Shown: positions 31,449 to 41,088, counted from the first letter of the stretch. The stretch is DNA of 64,000 nt from Candidatus Poribacteria bacterium (GCA_965198235.1 OZ240248.1:4096001-4160000); one strand, 5' to 3'. Program-made: numbers and translations. The notes: generated by a model from the sequence alone, not told the origin.

Positions 31449-33557
31449 TTACAACATACCCCGAATCTCATCAATCCCCCGAATCATTCGTGTGAATGCC
31501 TCAACCAACCGATCAATTTCCGCATGTACCGCGGCATCATCACTATTCTCCAACGCATCAAGAACTCCAGGAAAAACGACCGCCGCATAGCCAGTGTTGA
31601 GCCCCGGTGCATAAATAAGGTGCTTAAACCAAGGGCGTAACGGCAAGCCTGTCTCACTCGTCAAACGCCGCTCTAATTGGTACAATCGTTGGTTTATTTC
31701 CGAAATCTGAGAGAAATCGTCAGAAGCGAGATAACGTGCAAGCTCCCGATTGAGTCTTCCTGCCGACTGCTGCCACTCTGTGAGCAGACCGTCCAACCTT
31801 TCAATATCTTTGGCAATCTTGTTTTTCGAGCCAGAATTTTGCAACAGTTTCAAAGGGGTCATCAGGTCTGTCGCATAAGTCTCATAGTCGAAGGGTAAAA
31901 TATCGGCATTGGCGAGCTGCAGCGCAAGCGTGCCCCAGACTTGTGCCATCGCCGTCTGATACTGAAACGTCGGATCACCGAAGTGGGTCATCCAGTAGAA
32001 GTTATCCTGCATGGCGTGGTAGACCCCATAAGGACCCCCGAATCCCATGCTGACAGCAGGAATACCCGCATGCCCAACAAATGGCGAATGATCCGAACCG
32101 CTTCCGAGGTTACCGACCTGCGGAATCTCCTTGCCTTGAGCCGTTTTCCAACTCTTGTAAACCGGTTTGAGTGTCCCCGGATCAACGACATTTTGGGTCA
32201 CTTCACGCATTAACTCCCGCAACGATGGCGTTGCACTCACGTAGAATCGGCCACCCGTTGCCGCGATGTCTACATTGAGGTATGCGATCGTTTTCTGCTG
32301 GAGCGTCGTTTTCAAATCCTCAACCCATTCCGTTGAACCGAGGATACCGAATTCTTCAGCGTCCCATGAGGCAAAAACAATCGTTCGCTTCGGACGTGCC
32401 CCTGCTTTGGCAAGCTCACCCAGGCATTGTGCAACCTCTAAGAGCGAGGTCGTGCCGCTGCCAGGGTCCGCCGCCCCATAAACCCATGCATCGTGGTGGT
32501 TGCCCAAGATTACCCACTGATCTGGATATTCCGTGCCCTCTAAAGTCGCAATAACATTATAGATTGGGCGGATGCTGTGTTCACAACGCACCTTGATCCG
32601 CACCTTCGCAGGCCCCGGTCCAATGTGATAGGCAAAAGGTAAGCCACCCTGCCACTCGGACGGAACATTCGGTCCCGCGAGTGCCTTTAGAAACGGTTTG
32701 GCATCTTTATACGCGAGAGGCACCACAGGAATCTTGGGAAGATCTGTAGCTTCGTCAAATGAGAGTCTATCGGCATCTTTAGTCGCCGCCCAACCGGGTG
32801 TCAACGGGTCGCTGGCGTGCTGAAAGATATACTTCACGGTTCCGCGCTGTATTGCATCCGCTGAACGCCACGGACCACGAGGATAGACATCTCCACGCAT
32901 GTATCCATCGTCCGCTGGATCCGAGTACAGAATCAAACCGACTGCCCCGTTATCGCCAGCAACTTTAGCCTTCACACCACGATAACTGCCACCATAGCGA
33001 GCGATACAGATCTTTCCCTCCACCGAGATGCCTTGGTCGGTGAGAATTTGGTAGTCCTTAGGTAACCCTTTATTGACGTAGATAAGTTCGGCTGTTACAT
33101 CCCCATCGGGCGAATAAGCGTTATACCCGGGCACAATCTCTGTTTCATAAGAATCCTTGTCCCATTCCCAACTCGCTTCTTTGCCGACAGCGAGACGCTG
33201 GATAGGCGAGAGCAGTTCTACTTGCACCTCAAGAGGATGCGGAAGATACACATGATACTCGTACATCTGAACCTGCAAACCGTAACTTTCATATTCACTC
33301 CGAAGGTATTCCGCTATCTTGCGGCTATTCTCTGTACCAGCGAGGTGAGGCTCCTCAGTCAGATAACGCAATTTATGTTGGCATCTTTCCGCTGAAACCA
33401 GCTCCTTAAAACGGGTTTCATATTGCTTTTGTGTAGCGGCACTCTCTGCGGTGAACCCACGCATACCGAAGACATTATGAGAAGAAAGTACAGAAGCAAC
33501 AAAAATACAGATAAAACAAAAATGTGGTCTCCAAGTCCGCCATGGCAGATGAGACAT
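31449..33557 (-). CDS. M28 peptidase, glutamate carboxypeptidase II-like (PA, M28 and TfR dimerisation domains)
   Basis: PHLAG, LYSDPAD, GNHHDAW, GAADPGSG, WDAEEFG, GSDH, KHLIYAP. Confidence 0.95.
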   Translation of the reverse strand: MSHLPWRTWRPHFCFICIFVASVLSSHNVFGMRGFTAESAATQKQYETRFKELVSAERCQHKLRYLTEEPHLAGTENSRKIAEYLRSEYESYGLQVQMYEYHVYLPHPLEVQVELLSPIQRLAVGKEASWEWDKDSYETEIVPGYNAYSPDGDVTAELIYVNKGLPKDYQILTDQGISVEGKICIARYGGSYRGVKAKVAGDNGAVGLILYSDPADDGYMRGDVYPRGPWRSADAIQRGTVKYIFQHASDPLTPGWAATKDADRLSFDEATDLPKIPVVPLAYKDAKPFLKALAGPNVPSEWQGGLPFAYHIGPGPAKVRIKVRCEHSIRPIYNVIATLEGTEYPDQWVILGNHHDAWVYGAADPGSGTTSLLEVAQCLGELAKAGARPKRTIVFASWDAEEFGILGSTEWVEDLKTTLQQKTIAYLNVDIAATGGRFYVSATPSLRELMREVTQNVVDPGTLKPVYKSWKTAQGKEIPQVGNLGSGSDHSPFVGHAGIPAVSMGFGGPYGVYHAMQDNFYWMTHFGDPTFQYQTAMAQVWGTLALQLANADILPFDYETYATDLMTPLKLLQNSGSKNKIAKDIERLDGLLTEWQQSAGRLNRELARYLASDDFSQISEINQRLYQLERRLTSETGLPLRPWFKHLIYAPGLNTGYAAVVFPGVLDALENSDDAAVHAEIDRLVEAFTRMIRGIDEIRGML

Positions 33558-33830
33558 ATTTATTAGCGTTGTAATAAGTCATTACCCCCTTCCGTTTTAT
33601 GAAATAATAACACATTTCTCGCACATTTTCATTAATTTTTTTACTACTGTCCGATTTCCATTATGCTGCTTCACGAAACTGGAAATTATTGCAGTTGCAA
33701 GTACCAATAGTTTTCTTGCAGGAGGGGAAACACCTTCACCGCCGCTGGTGAGAATTGTATCATCGCCTCCCTGCAATGCCCACGTAATTGTGGGTTTTAC
33801 CATAAATACCATAAAAAATAGTCCTAAAAA

Positions 33831-33860
33831 TTGACACAATAGCGCATAATTTGGTAAAAT
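33831..33860 (+). promoter_or_regulatory. Putative sigma70 promoter
   Basis: TTGACA-18nt-TAAAAT with TG extension. Confidence 0.55.
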
Positions 33861-34059
33861 AGAAGTGTAACGGGACTTACGCAAATTGAACAGAGAAGGA
33901 TATATTTTGTGAAAAATGCCTCACAGTGAGCGTATTTTGGTGTTTTTAACCTCCTAAAGAATCAACGGTATGAATGCCTTGTGGCATTCCCCGCCCCTTA
34001 TCAGGGGGACTTTAAGAGGAAGTGCGTAAGTTCTAAAGATATTAAAAAGAAGGCAGGCT

Positions 34060-34755
34060 TTGATGGACGCAAAGATTCTAATTGTTGAAGATGAACGTGA
34101 TATTGTAGATTTACTGCGATACAATCTACAAGAAGCAGGTTTTGAAACAGATTATGTCCGAAACGGCGCAGATGCCCTTCATCGGGCTGTCGAAAAGCCG
34201 CCGGATCTCATTTTGTTAGACCTGATGCTCCCAGAGGTCGATGGACTCATCGTCTGTCGTTTACTAAAGAACGATCCAAGGACTAAAAACATTCCGATCG
34301 TGATGGTAACCGCGAAGGTCGAAGAACGGGACCGGGTGGCAGGGTTGGAACTCGGGGCGGACGATTACATCACAAAACCCTTTAGTCCAAGAGAAGTTGT
34401 ACTCCGGGTATCCGCTGTGCTACGCCGTATCCAAGCCGGTAAACAAACAGAGAGTACCAAACAGATCGAAACACACGGGTTAACAATCGATCTGGACAAA
34501 CATCAAGTCCTGACTGAAAACGGTTCAATCGATCTCACAGCAACCGAATTCAAGCTCATCACGTTATTCGCACGTTCGCCAGGACGCGTCTTTACCCGCG
34601 ATATTCTAATGGACGTGATATGGGGGCAGGAGTATTACGGCATCGATAGGACAGTGGACACGCATGTCAGCCGCCTTCGCCGTAAGCTCGGGGAATTCGG
34701 TAAGCATATTGAGACAGTACATGGGGTTGGGTATCGGTTCAAGGAAGTTAGTTGA
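34060..34755 (+). CDS. OmpR/PhoB-family response regulator (no adjacent kinase)
   Basis: ILIVEDE, LLDLMLP, GADDYITKPF, LTATEF, RTVDTHVSRLR, VHGVGY. Confidence 0.95.
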   Translation: MMDAKILIVEDERDIVDLLRYNLQEAGFETDYVRNGADALHRAVEKPPDLILLDLMLPEVDGLIVCRLLKNDPRTKNIPIVMVTAKVEERDRVAGLELGADDYITKPFSPREVVLRVSAVLRRIQAGKQTESTKQIETHGLTIDLDKHQVLTENGSIDLTATEFKLITLFARSPGRVFTRDILMDVIWGQEYYGIDRTVDTHVSRLRRKLGEFGKHIETVHGVGYRFKEVS

Positions 34756-34950
34756 GGACCGCTATACCAGAGGCATTCAATCCTCTTGTAGGAGGGATCT
34801 CCGAATCCCGACTCTTAACTGACCGCTGATGGCTGACTGCTGATGGAAACCGACCGCTGATGAAGTGCTTTCAAGCGAGAGGTACCCTTTAAGGTTCCTC
34901 CCGCATTGAAGTGCACGTGTAGGGTTGATATATAGATTCGGCTCTTGCAC

Positions 34951-35325
34951 CTACGGAAACTGTATCCCCAGTTTTCGGCACACCTTTCGGATTTTGTTAA
35001 CCGCACCGCCTATCTGTTTTCCGTTCCGCGTAACACCAAAAAGATGCTGACTTACAACACGGCGGGAAATACCGAGAATGTCCCCAATCTCCTCTTGTGT
35101 TTTACCTTTATAGAAGTAGAGTTGAATACATTCGGCTTGGCGTTTGGTTAGTTCGTTCGCGATAATCCGACGAATCTGTTTGAGAACTACCCGTCGCTTG
35201 GCGCGACGCATCTCTGTCCATTCGTCATCAGGTGCTCGATACCAAAAATAGTCCTCGGTAGTAAGCTGATCGAAATACTCCGGCGGCACCGGAATCTCCC
35301 AAAAGTCGGGATTAAACTTGGGCAT
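34951..35325 (-). CDS. Small protein with only a sigma70 region-4-type HTH
   Basis: LTKRQAECIQLYFYKGKTQEEIGDILGISRRVVSQHL; SD GAGGGAG upstream. Confidence 0.8.
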   Translation of the reverse strand: MPKFNPDFWEIPVPPEYFDQLTTEDYFWYRAPDDEWTEMRRAKRRVVLKQIRRIIANELTKRQAECIQLYFYKGKTQEEIGDILGISRRVVSQHLFGVTRNGKQIGGAVNKIRKVCRKLGIQFP

Positions 35326-35378
35326 AGATAAAGCAACTCCCTCGAATGCGAGGCGATCGCGCCTATGCCTTAATCAAA

Positions 35379-35456
35379 CTATCGACAAAGGTCAGAGGCA
35401 CCATCGCCACAATTGAATACTTTCAGGTGAAGTGTGACGTGGTTCATTGACAACAT
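35379..35456 (-). CDS. Putative 25-aa micro-protein MLSMNHVTLHLKVFNCGDGASDLCR
   Basis: Preceded by a doubled SD, AAGGAGGATAAGGAGG; not in the ORF track. Confidence 0.5.
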   Translation of the reverse strand: MLSMNHVTLHLKVFNCGDGASDLCR

Positions 35457-35663
35457 AATGGTTACCTCCTTATCCTCCTTATTGTTTATAATTGGGAACG
35501 GTGCAAGCGGGTCAATGACATTTTGTAAAGACTGCCTTTTGCAAACCGCACATGATCGTTATCAAATAATATACCAAAAAATAGAAAAATATGCCATAAA
35601 AATCCGGTTCAGTCCGCGACGCGTAGCGAAGCCTCCCTTCTATCCCGAAAACAGCATACCTTC

Positions 35664-35699
35664 AAAATAGGGGACAGAGGGGTTTGAACCCCCCGTCCC
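35664..35699 (-). terminator. Terminator-like hairpin within the leader
   Basis: GGGACGGGGGGTT-CA-AACCCCTCTGTCCC followed by CTATTTT. Confidence 0.55.
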
Positions 35700-35708
35700 T
35701 TTCCAAAG

Positions 35709-35760
35709 AGTGCGACACTCAGTGCCACACCCGCAAGGGCGCAACACTAAGTGTCACACC
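35709..35760 (-). other. 24-bp RNA hairpin
   Basis: All 7 non-Watson-Crick positions are G-U on the minus strand. Confidence 0.7.
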
Positions 35761-35779
35761 TCCTCTGGTTTGCTAACAT
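35747..35779 (-). CDS. Putative 10-aa leader peptide MLANQRRCDT
   Basis: SD AAGGAGG 8 nt before ATG; AGG-AGG codons; stop lies inside the hairpin. Confidence 0.45.
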   Translation of the reverse strand: MLANQRRCDT

Positions 35780-35904
35780 AACAAATACCTCCTTTTCCGC
35801 AATACAGCGGTATTAGGATACCATCGTCAAAAAATGACAATGATTCACTTAAACACATTTTCGGATGCACTTTTGCATGTTTTTGTGAAAAAAATCAAAA
35901 AAAT

Positions 35905-35937
35905 AGAGGACAGAGAAGTATTAATTCTCTGTCCTCT
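35905..35937 (-). terminator. Intrinsic terminator of infA-rsgA-GNAT
   Basis: Perfect 13-bp stem AGAGGACAGAGAA followed by ATTTTTTT on the minus strand. Confidence 0.8.
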
Positions 35938-35997
35938 TCTAAAGGGCATGATGAACAGCGCAACACGCCTATAGACATCCAGTCTTTGCGAGAAAAA

Positions 35998-36828
35998 TCA
36001 TTCTTCGGGATCAAAAAACACTTTGAGCGGGGTACTGAGCCGTGGCGTTTCAGCCTGTTCATCTATTGACTTCTCGCCGCTCCACTCGCTGCGCTCAATG
36101 CCCATCGTGTAAGCCTGTTCTGTGGTGTCAGTGTAACTGAGGTATTGGAACCCGGCATTCTCAAAACAGATGAGTGCAGGTCCGTTGTCAGGTGATACTT
36201 GTAGTGTGATGTGCTCAGCCTGCAGTTGTTCAAACGCGTAACGTACTGCTTCAAGGAGTGCATCCGTGCCGTATCCGCGAGCGCGATAATCAGGTCGAAT
36301 GATGACGAATTTGAGGGTAACAGTGTCTGCATTATAGTGAAGGAGGACAAATCCGATGAGAAGGCGCGTCGTTCGGATATCAATAGCGAGCGCGTGCATC
36401 TGTTCACTTTCCATCCAACGGTGCCAATCTTCGAGAAACGTTTCAAACGACACCTGTGTCGCGTAGAAGAGATGCCTGATACCCGGTCGGTTTATCCATC
36501 CCCAAATTCGGCGAAGCTCATTTTCAGCGATCTGTCGGAGGTGAATGCCGCCACCGTGAAGCCGTTCCAACTGACGCAACTGACTTCTCAAGCCTTCCAA
36601 TTGTGCCGAGTGCGCGCCGACTTGAGCCCCCGCGGCTCGAACCATACGCTGATTCGGGCGATCCATGAATTGTGCTTGCTTTACGCGGTTCTGGAAATAT
36701 CCAAGTTTCTGCTCACTCCTTTCAATAATACGCATCAAGTTCTGAATGGCATCTTCCCATTTTTGTGGGTCAACGTTTACGTCGCCGCGTGTTTCGGTCC
36801 GTTCTTCTCTTATCTGTGTTTCGTTCAT
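35998..36828 (-). CDS. GNAT (RimJ/RimL/SpeG-like) acetyltransferase with N-terminal coiled coil
   Basis: PDYRARGYGT, VSPDNGPALICFENAGF; ATG 36828 has SD and overlaps the rsgA end. Confidence 0.8.
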   Translation of the reverse strand: MNETQIREERTETRGDVNVDPQKWEDAIQNLMRIIERSEQKLGYFQNRVKQAQFMDRPNQRMVRAAGAQVGAHSAQLEGLRSQLRQLERLHGGGIHLRQIAENELRRIWGWINRPGIRHLFYATQVSFETFLEDWHRWMESEQMHALAIDIRTTRLLIGFVLLHYNADTVTLKFVIIRPDYRARGYGTDALLEAVRYAFEQLQAEHITLQVSPDNGPALICFENAGFQYLSYTDTTEQAYTMGIERSEWSGEKSIDEQAETPRLSTPLKVFFDPEE

Positions 36829-37795
36829 ATCTCCCTTCCCTGAATCCAGAGATCCGGAGGTAACTTTCATATCGGATCGGACTAATATCCCCAGTTTCAA
36901 CCGCTTGCTTGACAGCACACGCTGGTTCGTGCTGGTGCGTACATGCGGCGAATTTGCACTCCGGAATATAAGACCGCATCTCCGGAAAATGAATATCTAA
37001 TCCCTGTTCTTCATCAACTTCAAGCAAGCCGAGGGTTCGGATACCGGGCGTGTCGGCGACGAACCCACCGAATTCGAGTGGCAATAGCATAACTTCTGTC
37101 GTCGTATGCCGCCCTTTGTGGACACGTGTATCCACCTCACCCGTGCGTAATTGGAGTCCCGGTTGCACCGCATTGAGCAGAGACGATTTTCCAACCCCCG
37201 ATGAACCTACAATTGCAGAAATCCTATCCTGCATCACCTCCCGCAATTCTTCAACACCAACACCCGTCACGATACTTGTATAAACCACTTTATAACCTAA
37301 TTCTTCATATAAACTGAGTTCACGTTGTATATTCTCGAATTTCGCCAAATCAAGTTTGTTAATACAGATAACCGGCTCAACATCAGATGCTTCCGCTGTG
37401 ACGAGAAATCTATCAAGCATCCGCAACTTGAGTGTCGGATGCCGTGCCGCAAAGATAATGAGTAGCATATCTAAGTTAGCAACAATAACCTGTCGCCAAC
37501 CGTCCATGCGAATACGGCCAAACTGGGTGTCACGGGGAAGACATGCCTCGATGTATCCACTCTCCGCTGTGGACATAGCAGTAGAAATGCGTACCCGGTC
37601 GCCAACCGCGACGAGATCGACGTACGGCATCTCTTTTGTCTCAGCGAGCCGCCGTTTTTCATCTTCAATGAGGTGGTGCCGCAAAGCACAAGTGTAGCTT
37701 CGCTTGCCAACTTGTACCTCGTAGGCACCACTTCGCGCGTTTATTACAATACCTTCCATAGTCTGATCCAGAGATGGCATCAAAGAATTCCTCAT
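36770..37795 (-). CDS. rsgA: Small ribosomal subunit biogenesis GTPase RsgA
   Basis: VGDRV, NKLD, GSSGVGKS, GRHTT, DTPG, and C-terminal CKF..C.H..EP.C; exact start uncertain. Confidence 0.95.
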   Translation of the reverse strand: MRNSLMPSLDQTMEGIVINARSGAYEVQVGKRSYTCALRHHLIEDEKRRLAETKEMPYVDLVAVGDRVRISTAMSTAESGYIEACLPRDTQFGRIRMDGWRQVIVANLDMLLIIFAARHPTLKLRMLDRFLVTAEASDVEPVICINKLDLAKFENIQRELSLYEELGYKVVYTSIVTGVGVEELREVMQDRISAIVGSSGVGKSSLLNAVQPGLQLRTGEVDTRVHKGRHTTTEVMLLPLEFGGFVADTPGIRTLGLLEVDEEQGLDIHFPEMRSYIPECKFAACTHQHEPACAVKQAVETGDISPIRYESYLRISGFREGRYERNTDKRRTDRNTRRRKR

Positions 37796-37805
37796 ACAAC
37801 AGCAC

Positions 37806-38069
37806 CTAAGAGCCAGGATTCCGCCAGACAATGCGTCCACGCGTCAGGTCATAAGGAGAAAGTTCCACGGTAACCTGATCGCCAGGAAGCACCCAAATTT
37901 TGTGCCGCATTAGTTTACCAGCGAGGTATGCCACAACTTTGTAGTCGTTCTCTTCTAATTTCACCTGAAATAGGTTCCCCGGTAGGGATTCGAGTACAGT
38001 TCCGAGGACGCGGATCGCCACGTCTTTAGAGACTTCACGAGTCTTGGTTGTCACGGTTGCATTTTTCAT
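37806..38069 (-). CDS. infA: Translation initiation factor IF-1
   Basis: [38 protein letters not shown]. Confidence 0.9.
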   Translation of the reverse strand: MKNATVTTKTREVSKDVAIRVLGTVLESLPGNLFQVKLEENDYKVVAYLAGKLMRHKIWVLPGDQVTVELSPYDLTRGRIVWRNPGS

Positions 38070-38156
38070 TTTCTATTTTCTCCTTTTTGTGATGACTATT
38101 TGTTACCTTTAACATTATATTGGATGCACTTTGTTAACGAATTGTTCGGAAAAAAG

Positions 38157-38185
38157 TTGACATCAAGCCTGAAAAGTTGTAAAAT
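38157..38185 (+). promoter_or_regulatory. Putative sigma70 promoter
   Basis: TTGACA-17nt-TAAAAT. Confidence 0.65.
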
Positions 38186-38236
38186 ACACAAGTGGGAGAT
38201 TCCATTTCAAGTTTTTTATAAAAGGAGAAGAAAATA

Positions 38237-39040
38237 ATGAGCCAAGCCTTACCCCTTGTAGCCTATCCTGACCTCGAAGGCCAAGTCAAGGCAATGGAGG
38301 AAGACGGATATGCCTATCTACCGAAGGTTATCGAAGGCGAACAACTTGCGGAACTTCGTGACGCGATGGATCGGTTAACCGCAATTTCTGAGAGTTTTGA
38401 TCGGCACGGCACGCCAGAGAATGGAAACGGTTTCCTTAACAAACATATTAATAACGCCTTCAACCGCGACCCCGTCTTCTTACGATACCTTGATCGGTCT
38501 CCAGTTATCGAATTGGCAGAGGCAGTGCACGGCGAAGATTGTCACGTCATCGGGATGACGGCATGGGTAACGGGACCCGGGCGCCCCGACCAAGGGTTGC
38601 ACATAGATTGGCTGCCGATCCCACTGCCAGTGGACATTCTGGAAGATCCGCGCGTCAAGGTGCCAATTTTCATCTCAACCGCACACTACTACTTGGATGA
38701 CCTCTACGAAGACCTCGGTCCAACAAAGTTCGTGCCGGGCAGCCATCTTTCCGGACAGAGACCCGATGGTGAAACAGAATGGAAAGGCGCGTCAGGAAAG
38801 AGTATCCTCTGCAACGCTGGCGATGTCGTGATTTTCCGAAGCGAAGTCTGGCATCGAGGCACAGCAAATCGTAGCGACCAAACCCGGTACCTCTTACAAG
38901 TGCACTACGCGAATCGGATGATCACTCAGAAATTCCCACCCTATCTGAACCGGTTTCAGTTTAATGCGGAAATCTTGGAGCAGGCAACGGAACGTCAACA
39001 GCGATTAATGGGCAATCACCGCCCCGGTGCCTACGATTGA
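38237..39040 (+). CDS. PhyH-family dioxygenase (canonical HxD)
   Basis: DGYAYL, LHID, GPTKFVPGSH, AGDVVIFRSEVWHRG. Confidence 0.9.
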   Translation: MSQALPLVAYPDLEGQVKAMEEDGYAYLPKVIEGEQLAELRDAMDRLTAISESFDRHGTPENGNGFLNKHINNAFNRDPVFLRYLDRSPVIELAEAVHGEDCHVIGMTAWVTGPGRPDQGLHIDWLPIPLPVDILEDPRVKVPIFISTAHYYLDDLYEDLGPTKFVPGSHLSGQRPDGETEWKGASGKSILCNAGDVVIFRSEVWHRGTANRSDQTRYLLQVHYANRMITQKFPPYLNRFQFNAEILEQATERQQRLMGNHRPGAYD

Positions 39041-39090
39041 TCCCAAATTTTTCAGAGAACAATGACCTCCACCGAGGATAACAGTTTCCT

Positions 39091-40011
39091 TTGAATAGAA
39101 AAGAGACTATCGGGACACCGCCAACACCAACCGTTATTAGCGAGGAGCCGCACGGGAAAATTATTGCCCTTAGCTTGCTCCTCGCGTTTCTTTGGGGCGG
39201 GAATTCGCCCTCCATAAAAATTGGCTTGGAAGACTTTCCTCCAATGGCACTGGCGTTCTTCCGTTTTGTGATTGGGCTCGTCGTTATTGGAGGTTGGGCA
39301 CTTTATCGCGGTGTCTCACTTCGCTTGCGCAGCGGTGAACTCCCTCGATTGCTACTGCTCACAACGATCTTCATCCTCCAAATTATTTCCTTGAACACCG
39401 GCACCCTACTCACGACAGCATCCCGCTCCACCATTTTTATTAACGTCTATCCCTTTTTCACCGCACTCTTTGCGCATTTCTGGATTCCCGGCGAACGTCT
39501 TTCTATCACAAAGACCTTGGGGATCGTTGTCGCCTTCAGTGGTGTTTTCGTAATCGTTGCCCCAAATCTCGGAGAAGGTGAAACGAGCGTCCTCGGCGAC
39601 ATCATCGTGCTTGTGAGCGGATGCTTTTTAGGACTACGCGTCGTCGTGACGAAGCTGCTAATTCAGTCCATTCACCCATATCGGCTCCTGGCGTGGCTGT
39701 TAAGCTTGAGTCTCCCCTGCTATGTCGTCATGAGTTTACTTTTAGAGCGTGGACAACCCATGCAACTGACCTTCAGAAGTAGTGCCGCCCTACTCTATCA
39801 AGGTGGCGTTATCGCCGGTTTCTGTTTTCTGGCGTGGACTTCAGTGCTTGAAAGATACAGTGCGAGCAAACTCGTTGTGCTTTTCTTCGCAACCCCACTG
39901 TCGGGTGTTGTGTTTAGTTACCTGATCTTAAATGACGAACTGACGTTCAGCCTGCTGATAGGTGCTGCACTCGTGGCAAGTGGAATCTATCTTGTAAATA
40001 TAAGGCGTTGA
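39091..40011 (+). CDS. DMT/EamA family transporter
   Basis: LWGGN, PPMALAFFRF, about 10 TM helices, GERL. Confidence 0.9.
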   Translation: MNRKETIGTPPTPTVISEEPHGKIIALSLLLAFLWGGNSPSIKIGLEDFPPMALAFFRFVIGLVVIGGWALYRGVSLRLRSGELPRLLLLTTIFILQIISLNTGTLLTTASRSTIFINVYPFFTALFAHFWIPGERLSITKTLGIVVAFSGVFVIVAPNLGEGETSVLGDIIVLVSGCFLGLRVVVTKLLIQSIHPYRLLAWLLSLSLPCYVVMSLLLERGQPMQLTFRSSAALLYQGGVIAGFCFLAWTSVLERYSASKLVVLFFATPLSGVVFSYLILNDELTFSLLIGAALVASGIYLVNIRR

Positions 40012-40242
40012 TGTGCTTAGATGCACTGCTGGAGGTCGGAAGCATTTCTCATAACGGCGGAGGAACTTCAGATGAAGATTAATTTTTAATTCGGTAATTT
40101 CCTATCCGCACGAGGTGGGTGTAGCCCCTACTGGCGAAGTTTCCTAACCTCGCCAAATTATCGATTTATTTTTTCGGAGATGGGGTCTTCGCTCTTATGG
40201 CACCATAAGTGTCAATTTTAAAAAAAACCGCATCGCAGCATC

Positions 40243-40469
40243 GTAGGTTGGGTTGAACGGACATCCTCGAAGCACTTATACGTCCAAGAAATGATTTTCC
40301 TCCATACCTGTTTCACACCAGAGATACCCAGTGAAACCCAACACCTTTCTTCTCAGCCCTATGAAGTTAGGTTTCACTCTCCTTTTGGGTGTATAGGCGG
40401 CTGCATTAGATTTGACGTGCAAGTGAGACTCGTGCATCAGATCTCACGGATTCGTTCAACCCAACCTAC
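40243..40469. repeat. REPIN-like element inside a larger inverted-repeat-bounded insertion
   Basis: GTAGGTTGGGTTGAACG...CGTTCAACCCAACCTAC, flanked by ATAAGTGTCAATTT / AAATTGACACCTAT. Confidence 0.8.
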
Positions 40470-40505
40470 GGAAGCCCCTAAATTGACACCTATGGATCTT
40501 CACTC

Positions 40506-41003
40506 TTATGGCACCTCTCTAATTTTTCCAGTTGCTAAAGTCCCTTTACCCGCTAAATACGGCGGTCGTCTTCGTGCCGTCTCCATATCCTTTAGACGAA
40601 TGAAGGGCCACGCTTCGAGATCACCCGCAGCAGCATCCAACAATTCCTTGCTACTGTATACAGGCACACGCCCGAAGCTAACCAGATACCTCAAATCTCC
40701 CAGTAACTGTTTCAGTGTGCTGTGTCGTGGCCACTGATATTCCTGATCGGTTTTAAGGAACAGAACGCATTTCGCAATTTCTCGTCGCTCATCGTCTAAG
40801 ACTCTATATTTCTCGGTAAGGGTATGTTCCTCGAAGTCATCATAAAGTGGCCATGCAGCAATCCACCATATTTCGTCGATGGCAAGGTCTTTTGATGAGA
40901 GCGGAACCTGATCTTCAAACGCATCATTCGTTATTCGACCGGATACGAAATGACGGAGGAGTTCTGCGAATTTGTCCCTTGCTTTTCTATCGACCATTTC
41001 CAT
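40506..41003 (-). CDS. Hypothetical protein
   Basis: 165-aa ORF with SD GAGGTG; plausible protein composition. Confidence 0.7.
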   Translation of the reverse strand: MEMVDRKARDKFAELLRHFVSGRITNDAFEDQVPLSSKDLAIDEIWWIAAWPLYDDFEEHTLTEKYRVLDDERREIAKCVLFLKTDQEYQWPRHSTLKQLLGDLRYLVSFGRVPVYSSKELLDAAAGDLEAWPFIRLKDMETARRRPPYLAGKGTLATGKIREVP

Positions 41004-41088
41004 TTCACCTCATCTTTCTTGCGCAATAAATATCGGTGGCGGCGAAGGTGCCATCACCGATATTTGCGTCGATTTCCATTAACTATAT

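Noticed and set aside
35611-35746. Cys-rich ~45-aa GTG ORF following the internal SD of the leader
   Set aside because: Runs through two hairpins, so its composition is probably dictated by RNA structure.
36211-36843. 210-aa antisense ORF and the many other shadow ORFs
   Set aside because: Opposite well-supported genes and without recognisable motifs.
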